From Trueperaceae bacterium (GTDB taxonomy: Bacteria; Deinococcota; Deinococci; Deinococcales; Trueperaceae), in the NCBI GenBank assembly GCA_040905465.1, contig JBBDRK010000077.1, forward strand, positions 1-15,598: 15,598 nt of DNA, in the 5' to 3' direction. The notes under the pieces were generated by a model that was not told where the DNA came from, did no database searches, and saw only the letters and a program-made list of their open reading frames with translations. Numbering within the stretch: the first letter of the stretch is position 1; each line of letters begins with the position of its first letter. The translations under genes and the position numbers were made by a program. Shown here piece after piece: positions 7,814 to 14,415 of this stretch.

Positions 7814-9274
7814 GTGAAGCGACTTTGGCGACGACTTTCCCTGCAGGCGGTGGGCGCGACGATCCTGCTGGCCGGTTTGCTGATGGCACACGCACAGGAC
7901 GTGCGGGTGTGGAGCATTTCGGTAGAGCAGAACGACTTCTACCGTGAGCTCGAGCAGGCGTTCGCGGAGCGCTATCCGCAGTGGGAGCTCCAGTTCGAGA
8001 CCTTCAGCCAGGACACCTTCAAGCAGACTCTTCCGCTGGCGTTCGAAAGCGGAGAGGCGCCCGACGTGCTGCTCACCTCGATGGACGTGCCGATGGGAGA
8101 GATGCTCGACAACCGCTGGCTCGCGCCGGTAGCCGGCGGGCAGGAAGTACCGCAGTCGTTCATCGACAGGTTCCCCGCCAATACCTTCGTGAACGGCCAC
8201 AACATGGTCGACGGCGAGATCTACGGAGTGCCGACTAACGAGCAGGATATCTGGGGACCCGGCTACATGTACGTGAACCGCACGGTGCTGCGTGAGGCCG
8301 GAGTCGATCCCGACAGCGAGATCCCCACCACCTGGAGCGAACTGCTCGAGGTGTGTGAGCGGGTTACGGAAACCGGCTTATCCTGTTTCACCGCCTCGTT
8401 CAATGAGCGTTCGCAGATCGACCGCTGGTGGATCCCGTTCACCGCCGCGGCACAAAGCTCGAGCCCCTTCAACTACCAGACGGGCGAATTCGCCTACGCA
8501 GATCCTGCCAGGCTGCGCGCCTGGGAGCTGCTCCACACGATGTACGAAAGCGAGTACTTCATCCCGGGCGTGGAGACCACCGACCGCGAGACCTCCCGCC
8601 AGATCTTCGCCCTCGACCAGGCCGCCTTCTACACGGACGGTGCCTGGATGCCCAGCGTCTTCCGCGAGGGTATGGGCTTTCCCGACCTCGACTTCACCGT
8701 GGCGGCCGTACCAAGTCCCGACGACGGCGTGCAGGGAGCACTTCCCAAGGGCCTGCTGATCTCCCGGCTGCACGTCACCTCACAGGTGAGCAATCCTGAG
8801 GCAGCCTGGGCGCTGGTCGACTTCCTCACCCAGCCCGACGGACAGTATGCCCAGGGCTACGTCGGCGGCGGCTTCGGTTTCCTCTCCTTCACCGACAACG
8901 GCCGCTGGAGCGACCCTGACGACGCCGAGCTGCAGGAGGTACTGAGCCTTGGCCAGGAGATGCGGGTGTTCGAGCCGGTACCGCTCCTCGCCTGCGGCGA
9001 CATGGCGCAATCCACCGCCTACCGCGACGCCCTCGCCGATCCGTCCTTCGCCGAAGAGCAGTCCAGCGTCATCGAGTCGCTGGTCACTGGCCGCGACTGG
9101 GCGGAGAAGGCCAGTGAACTGGCAACCGGGCGCCAGGCCCTGCTTCTCGCCAACCTCGAGGAGGAAAGGGCCGCCGGGCTCGATGTGAGCATCGACTACT
9201 TCACCTACCCGGAGTGGCAGTTCGGCAGCGACTTCGACTACGGCATCTACCCGCTCTGCCAAGCGGACCGCTGA
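7814..9274 (+). CDS. Carbohydrate ABC transporter substrate-binding protein (486 aa)
   Basis: AAGGAGG SD and GTG start. Sec/SPI signal ending AHA|QD. Family-1 SBP features SGEAPDV, VDGEIYGVP, YVN..L..AG.DP...P.TW.EL and AAFYTDGAW. Precedes two permeases. Confidence 0.9.
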   Translation: MKRLWRRLSLQAVGATILLAGLLMAHAQDVRVWSISVEQNDFYRELEQAFAERYPQWELQFETFSQDTFKQTLPLAFESGEAPDVLLTSMDVPMGEMLDNRWLAPVAGGQEVPQSFIDRFPANTFVNGHNMVDGEIYGVPTNEQDIWGPGYMYVNRTVLREAGVDPDSEIPTTWSELLEVCERVTETGLSCFTASFNERSQIDRWWIPFTAAAQSSSPFNYQTGEFAYADPARLRAWELLHTMYESEYFIPGVETTDRETSRQIFALDQAAFYTDGAWMPSVFREGMGFPDLDFTVAAVPSPDDGVQGALPKGLLISRLHVTSQVSNPEAAWALVDFLTQPDGQYAQGYVGGGFGFLSFTDNGRWSDPDDAELQEVLSLGQEMRVFEPVPLLACGDMAQSTAYRDALADPSFAEEQSSVIESLVTGRDWAEKASELATGRQALLLANLEEERAAGLDVSIDYFTYPEWQFGSDFDYGIYPLCQADR

Positions 9275-9290
9275 GGGGCGACGTCAGGTA

Positions 9291-10265
9291 ATGAGTCTCT
9301 GGAAGGCGACGGGGTCGGGATTGATTTCCCGGCCCCATTCCGGGTTCAGCCGAGCGGGGATGGCCCGTCGGAGGCGGGAGTGGGCGTGGTGCTATCTCTT
9401 CCTGCTGCCGTTCCTGATCTTCTTCCTAGCCTTTACGCTGTGGCCCATCGCCGCCACGATCGGCTGGTCGTTCACCGACTTCCGCGTGCCCAGCCCCAGG
9501 ATGAACTTCATCGGCCTCGAGAACTTTCGCACCCTCCTCAAGGACGAGCTCTACATCCGCTCGTTCGTCAACACGATCATCTTCGCGCTGGGCAACACCG
9601 CCGTCAAACTGCCGCTGTCGCTGATCCTTGCCGTGTTCCTCACCAGAAAGTGGGTCGCCGGCAAGAGTTTTTTCAGGACCATCTATTTTCTGCCCATCGT
9701 GGTGCCCACGGCAATCGCCGGATTGATCTTCGCCCTGCTCCTCCACCCTCTCAACGGCGCGGTCCCCGACTTCCTGCGCGATCTCGGCCTGATCGGCAGG
9801 CGCGACAACCTGTTCCTGGGTGGCCGGGTTTCGGCGATGACCACGATCATCGCCGTAAGCGTGTGGCAGATACTCGGGCAGTATCTGATCTACTGGATCG
9901 CCGCGCTGCAGGGAGTGCCCGATGAACTGACCGACGCAGCCCATATCGACGGGGCGGGCTTCTGGCAGGAGTTGTTCCTGGTGACGCTGCCTGCCATCAG
10001 GCCCGTCGCCACCATCATCGCCTTCCTGGGACTGGTGAACGCCTTCAGCGTTTTCGGTATCGTACTCACTCTCACCGGCGGCGGTCCCGGCGCGCAGAGC
10101 TACGTGATGCAACTGTTCGTCTATGATCGGGGGTTCACCGAGGTGCCCTTCCGCTACGGCTACATTTCGGCGGGGGCGCTCCTGTTCTCACTGCTCATCC
10201 TGGCGACGTTCCTCCTGCAGACGTTCACCGTACGGCGGGCCCAGGCGCACCTGGCCAGCCGCTGA
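9291..10265 (+). CDS. Carbohydrate ABC transporter permease (MalF/UgpA-like); start could be ATG 9360
   Basis: About six hydrophobic segments, FIGLENF, FFRTIYFLP, EAA-loop variant ALQGVPDELTDAAHIDGA, LTGGGP. Confidence 0.93.
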   Translation: MSLWKATGSGLISRPHSGFSRAGMARRRREWAWCYLFLLPFLIFFLAFTLWPIAATIGWSFTDFRVPSPRMNFIGLENFRTLLKDELYIRSFVNTIIFALGNTAVKLPLSLILAVFLTRKWVAGKSFFRTIYFLPIVVPTAIAGLIFALLLHPLNGAVPDFLRDLGLIGRRDNLFLGGRVSAMTTIIAVSVWQILGQYLIYWIAALQGVPDELTDAAHIDGAGFWQELFLVTLPAIRPVATIIAFLGLVNAFSVFGIVLTLTGGGPGAQSYVMQLFVYDRGFTEVPFRYGYISAGALLFSLLILATFLLQTFTVRRAQAHLASR

Positions 10266-11203
10266 TGGCACGGCACGAACCCACCTCGGCTCCTCCTAAG
10301 CCGGCCCGCCGCAACCGAAGCCGCTTTCGCCCGTTGAAGGCCGTTCAGGTGTACCTGGGGCAGGGGCGAACACTGCGTAACAACCTGCTCCTGTGGGCAG
10401 TACTACTGATCATCGGCTTCGTCTGGATGTATCCGCTGCTGTGGATCGTCTCGGCGGCGTTCAAAAACTCCCGCGAAGTGTTCACGGCCGGCCCGAACCT
10501 GATCCCCGCCCAATGGCTGGGGTTCGAGAACTTCGTTCGGGCCTGGAAGGTGGCCAGCTTCGGACAGTACCTGGGAAACTCGGTCCTCTATGGGGTGCTG
10601 TCGGTAGTCATCGTAGTCGTACGGTCGATCCTGGCCGGATACGTGCTGGGACGGTTCCGCTTCCCCGGACGCGCCCTCATAATCGCGGTCGTCGCGTTCA
10701 CGGTCTTCGTACCGGTCGAGGGTTCGGTGATCCCGCAGTTCCGGCTGGTCAACTGGATCGACAAGAACCTGTTCCCGCTCCTGAACACCTACTTCGTGGT
10801 GCCGCTGATGCAGGGCGGCGGCGGCTCGCTATGGGTCCTGCTCTACCTGGGAGCGTTTCGCGCGCTACCCTCGGAACTGTTCGAGGCTGCCGAGGTAGAC
10901 GGCGCCAACTTCTGGCAGAAGTTCCGACTAACCGCGCCGCTGGTGAATCCCATCACCGCCACCGTCGTGATCTTCCAATTCCTGGCGTCCTGGGAAGACG
11001 TTCTCAACCCCATCATCTACACCCTGGGCAAGCCGGAGCTCCGCAACCTGCAGTCCGGCCTGATTGCGTTCCAGGGAGCCAACGCCACCGACTGGGTTGG
11101 CCTGGCCGCCGCCATCGTGATAACCATCATCCCGGTTATCGTCCTATTCCTCGCTGTCCAGCGGTTTTTCGTTCACGGACTGGCCGGGGCCGTGAAGTCC
11201 TAG
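10265..11203 (+). CDS. Carbohydrate ABC transporter permease (MalG/UgpE-like)
   Basis: TGATG overlap with the previous gene. YPLLWIVSAAFK, RFRFPGR, EAA loop LPSELFEAAEVDGA, C-terminal QRFFVHGLAGAVK. Confidence 0.93.
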   Translation: MARHEPTSAPPKPARRNRSRFRPLKAVQVYLGQGRTLRNNLLLWAVLLIIGFVWMYPLLWIVSAAFKNSREVFTAGPNLIPAQWLGFENFVRAWKVASFGQYLGNSVLYGVLSVVIVVVRSILAGYVLGRFRFPGRALIIAVVAFTVFVPVEGSVIPQFRLVNWIDKNLFPLLNTYFVVPLMQGGGGSLWVLLYLGAFRALPSELFEAAEVDGANFWQKFRLTAPLVNPITATVVIFQFLASWEDVLNPIIYTLGKPELRNLQSGLIAFQGANATDWVGLAAAIVITIIPVIVLFLAVQRFFVHGLAGAVKS

Positions 11204-11287
11204 TCGCCTGCCGCGCGCGGCCGGAGCTCCCGCCCCGGCAGTAGATCACGACCGCCGCCGTTTCCAGACAGAACAGAAGGGTTTTTC

Positions 11288-12088
11288 ATGCGCTACTTTC
11301 ACCGAATCGACAAGACGAGCGGACTCAGCGGGCTGCAAGATGACGCCTGCAAACTCCTCGATTTCTCCAGACTCAACCTCGAAGCAGGCGGGCGCTACGA
11401 AGGCAGGCTGAGCGCCGAACGCGAGGCGGTTCTGGTCGTGCTCTCCGGCTCAGCCAACCTCGAGGTGAACGGCGTTCGTTTCGACAACGTGGGCGGAAGG
11501 CCAGACGTGTTCTCCGGTAATCCCCATAGCGTGTACCTGCCCCGCGGAGCCAGCTTTCTGGTCGAAGCCGCGTCGGCCATGGAAGCCGCCCTGCCCTCCG
11601 CGCCGGCGTTCGAGGAATACGCTCCCTACCAGGTCCTTCCGGGCGAAGTCGACACCGGGACGTGGGGGACGCTCAATTTCACCCGTTACTTCCGCAAGAT
11701 CGTGGTTCACGGCGACGGTCGGCCGGCTTCACGAATCATCGTTGGCGAAACCATTACCCCCAGCGGTAACTGGAGCACCTTCCCACCCCATAAGCACGAG
11801 GTGGCCGAAGGCGGCGAGGTGTTCCACGAGGAGATGTACTACTTCCGCAACTCCTCCCCCGACGGCTACGGTCTCGTCCAGCATTACAGCCCGGAGCGCG
11901 GCTACGACAACACTTACCGGGTAGAGGACGACACCTTGCTGTCGATGCCGCACGGCTACCACACCTACGCGGCGGCCCCGGGCTCGGCCAGCTACTACCT
12001 CTGGTTCCTGGCGGGGGACGGCCGAGAGCAGGGCACGAGTTTCGATCCCAGAGTGGGCTGGGTGCAGAAAACGGTGGGAATGGTCTGA
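11288..12088 (+). CDS. iolB: IolB-type isomerase (KduI/IolB superfamily; 5-deoxy-glucuronate isomerase-like), 266 aa
   Basis: Motifs GGRPDVF, VGETITPSGNWSTFPPHKH, HEEMYYF, PHGYH and YYLWFLAG are IolB-like rather than KduI-like. The true substrate may differ (see findings). Confidence 0.8.
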   Translation: MRYFHRIDKTSGLSGLQDDACKLLDFSRLNLEAGGRYEGRLSAEREAVLVVLSGSANLEVNGVRFDNVGGRPDVFSGNPHSVYLPRGASFLVEAASAMEAALPSAPAFEEYAPYQVLPGEVDTGTWGTLNFTRYFRKIVVHGDGRPASRIIVGETITPSGNWSTFPPHKHEVAEGGEVFHEEMYYFRNSSPDGYGLVQHYSPERGYDNTYRVEDDTLLSMPHGYHTYAAAPGSASYYLWFLAGDGREQGTSFDPRVGWVQKTVGMV

Positions 12089-12870
12089 TGCCTCAATCGT
12101 CGCTTTACGAACGGTTCTCGCTGTCCGGCCGCGTGGCCCTCGTAACGGGCGGCGCCACCGGTATCGGGCAGGCAGTCGCGATCGCCCTGGCCGAAGCCGG
12201 AGCGGACGTTGCGATCACCGTGCGCCGGAGCCGCGCCGCTGAGACGGAAGAGCGGGTACGTGCACTGGGCCTCCGCTTCGCCGCACTCAGCACCGAGCTT
12301 TCCACGCTCGACGCGGACGGGGCGGGACGGCTGATGACGCGGACCGAGGACGAACTGGGGCCGGTAGACATCCTGGTCAACAACGCGGGGACGATAAAGC
12401 GAGCGCCGGCGGCGGAGCACCCCGAAAGCGATTGGCGGGAGGTTCTGTCCACGAACCTCGATGCGGTCTGGTACCTCTCCCAGGCGGCCGGGCAAAGGAT
12501 GCTCGATCGGACGAGCGGCGGCAGTATCGTCAACATCGCGTCGCTGCTGTCGTTCCAGGGCGGCATCAACGTACCTGGCTACGTCGCAGCGAAGCATGGC
12601 GTCGCCGGCCTCACCAAGGCGTTGGCCAACGAGTGGTCCTCCCGGGGGGTGAACGTAAACGCGATAGCGCCCGGTTACATCGTGACCAGCAACACCGAAG
12701 CGCTGCGGAGCGACCCCGTTCGAAGCAAGCAGATTCTGGAGCGAATTCCGGCGGGACGGTGGGGAGATCCTCGAGACCTGGCCGCCGCCGCCGTGTATCT
12801 GGCCTCGCCCGCTGCCGCCTACGTACACGGCCACGTTCTCGTTGTCGATGGCGGCTGGATGGCCCGGTGA
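12088..12870 (+). CDS. kduD: 2-dehydro-3-deoxy-D-gluconate 5-dehydrogenase KduD (SDR), 260 aa
   Basis: TGGATGIG, DILVNNAG, KduD-typical NIASLLSFQGGINVPGYVAAKHGVAGLTKALANEW, RIPAGRWG, VDGGWMAR. TGATG overlap with iolB. Confidence 0.9.
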   Translation: MPQSSLYERFSLSGRVALVTGGATGIGQAVAIALAEAGADVAITVRRSRAAETEERVRALGLRFAALSTELSTLDADGAGRLMTRTEDELGPVDILVNNAGTIKRAPAAEHPESDWREVLSTNLDAVWYLSQAAGQRMLDRTSGGSIVNIASLLSFQGGINVPGYVAAKHGVAGLTKALANEWSSRGVNVNAIAPGYIVTSNTEALRSDPVRSKQILERIPAGRWGDPRDLAAAAVYLASPAAAYVHGHVLVVDGGWMAR

Positions 12871-13088
12871 AGGATCAGATGGCGGTGAGGGAGGTTCGGC
12901 GGTCACTGAGTGAGACACCGGTAGTGGGCGTCCTGCGGGCTGCAGGAGCGGAGGAGGCACTGGCCAAGGCGGAGCTCGCCATCGCGGCCGGCCTGCGGGC
13001 GGTCGGGGTGGTCGCGAGCTGGAAGATCGCCCGTTACGGGGCGATACCGCCGGTGGATGAGGAGCTGTCGTCACTTAGGCGCAACTAG
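12867..13088 (+). pseudogene. eda: Truncated KDPG aldolase (eda/kdgA) N-terminus fused in frame to a PfkB/KdgK-like C-terminal tail (73 aa)
   Basis: GTGA overlap with the kduD stop (alternative ATG 12879). PVVGVLRAAGAEEALAKAELAIAAGLRAV matches the first beta-alpha unit of Eda. Similarity stops at the catalytic Glu position, and no GAGTV continuation appears in any forward frame. Confidence 0.7.
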
Positions 13089-13225
13089 CGGCGATTGGAG
13101 CAGACAACCGCTTATCCTTTCCGGAGTCACTGCAAGCTCCTACTTACGATGCCGCGCTAACGCCCGTTCGACACTCGTATCGTGCGCCTGCCTCGAGCGA
13201 CCCTGTTCGCGGCCGAGCAGAAGTG

Positions 13226-13234
13226 TGCTACTGT
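13226..13234 (+). promoter_or_regulatory. Putative extended -10 promoter for the lacI-2 operon
   Basis: TG-C-TACTGT (TGnTAnnnT) immediately upstream of the operator palindrome. Confidence 0.5.
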
Positions 13235-13265
13235 TCCGGTAACGTTACCGGGAACGCTACCGGAA
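13234..13265. promoter_or_regulatory. Tandem LacI-type operator upstream of lacI-2
   Basis: Perfect 16-bp palindrome CCGGTAACGTTACCGG (13236-13251) plus an overlapping 14/16 copy CCGGGAACGCTACCGG (13248-13263). Both have the central CG typical of LacI sites. Confidence 0.75.
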
Positions 13266-13337
13266 GACTTTCGGATGTGGCGCCAGGATGAGCCTGGCCG
13301 CGCCGCCTCTGCGGTGCGCCAAGTTGGAGCGTGAAGC

Positions 13338-14414
13338 GTGGAAGATGTGCGTGACGTAACGATCGTCGAGGTCGCGGCCCAAGCGGGCGTGTCGGTTTCG
13401 ACCGTGTCGCGTATCCTCAACAATCGCCCCGACGTCGCCAAGAGGACGCGCGAACGAGTACTGAACGTCATCAAGCAACTGGGCTTCGAGCCTCATGCGC
13501 CGGCCCAGCGCCTGGCGGGCGGCAAGAGCCGCACGATCGCAGTGCTGTACCCGCTGGAGCAGCCCGGTGAAGAGCCGGTGAACCAGTTGCACCTGGACTT
13601 CACTATCGGCGCCGCTACCGCCGCCGGGGAGAGCCAGTACTTCTGCAATCTGCTCACCAATCCGGTCACGGCCGAGTCGCTGCTGGGACTATTCCGCGGC
13701 AGGAACATCGACGGACTGATCCTGATGGAGGTCTACCTGGACGACTGGCGCGTCAACCTGTTGCGGGAACACGAGCTGCCCTTCACCCTGGTCGGCCGGA
13801 CCGCAGACGAATCCGCCACCGACTTCACCGACCTCGACATCGAGACCGGCGTGTCCGACGCCTTTGGCCATCTGGTGACTCTCGGTCACCGCGCCATCGG
13901 CTTCCTCACCTACGCCGGTCATCTGCGCACCAACGGCTTCGGTCCGGCCGTGCGCGCCTGGTCGGGTTACCAGCGGTCCCTGGCCGCCCACGACCTGCCG
14001 CCGATCGCCCATGAGCTGAGGTTCACGGCGGAGGACATGGCCGAGGCCACGCACGCCCTGCTCGACGAACACCCCGGGCTCACCGCCATCGTCAGTCTCA
14101 CCGACGCTCCGACAGGAGCCGTCATCAACGCGCTGATAGACCGGGGCCTGCGCGTGCCCGACGACGTGTCGGTCGTGGGCCTGGCGACCGACCGCATGGC
14201 CGACATGTTGTCGCCACCGCTCACAGCGATCCAATTCCCCGCCTACGACATGGGATTCATGGCCGCCAGCCGGCTGATCCACCAGCTGGAGCGGCGACCC
14301 GAGCCGGCTCGGAGCACGGTAGTGACACCCCAACTGGTCGTGCGAGGCACCACCGCCGCGCCCTCGGCCGAACGAAGGCCGGAGTCCTTACCGCTGGATC
14401 GGACGGCTGGCTGA
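13338..14414 (+). CDS. LacI-family transcriptional regulator 2 (358 aa)
   Basis: GGAG SD and GTG start. HTH TIVEVAAQAGVSVSTVSRILN, LGFEPHAPAQRL, GLRVPDDVSVVG, PPLTAI, LVVRGTT. Confidence 0.95.
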   Translation: MEDVRDVTIVEVAAQAGVSVSTVSRILNNRPDVAKRTRERVLNVIKQLGFEPHAPAQRLAGGKSRTIAVLYPLEQPGEEPVNQLHLDFTIGAATAAGESQYFCNLLTNPVTAESLLGLFRGRNIDGLILMEVYLDDWRVNLLREHELPFTLVGRTADESATDFTDLDIETGVSDAFGHLVTLGHRAIGFLTYAGHLRTNGFGPAVRAWSGYQRSLAAHDLPPIAHELRFTAEDMAEATHALLDEHPGLTAIVSLTDAPTGAVINALIDRGLRVPDDVSVVGLATDRMADMLSPPLTAIQFPAYDMGFMAASRLIHQLERRPEPARSTVVTPQLVVRGTTAAPSAERRPESLPLDRTAG

Positions 14415-14415
14415 C

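Noticed and set aside
11288-12088. Reading the cluster as myo-inositol catabolism because of iolB
   Set aside because: No iolG, iolE, iolD or iolC in the window, and the neighbours are kduD, kdgF and an eda remnant.
12432-12866. N-terminal part of the 218-aa ORF 12432..13088
   Set aside because: It is an out-of-frame shadow of kduD. Only 12867-13088 looks protein-like.
11995-13074. 359-aa antisense ORF, and similar long antisense or alternate-frame ORFs (1258-2301, 3292-4125, 4794-5612, 10393-11244, 13689-14333, 14860-15534)
   Set aside because: They overlap well-supported genes almost entirely, show no recognisable motifs, and are expected in high-GC DNA.
13005-13242. Frameshifted continuation of eda, including ORF 13057..13242
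   Set aside because: I translated the other two forward frames and found no Eda motifs (GAGTV, SPG, K.FPA), so deletion fits better than frameshift.
13234-13265. CRISPR repeat or transposon end
   Set aside because: Only about 2.3 units of a 12-bp period, with no spacers, cas genes or transposase. A LacI operator explains it better.
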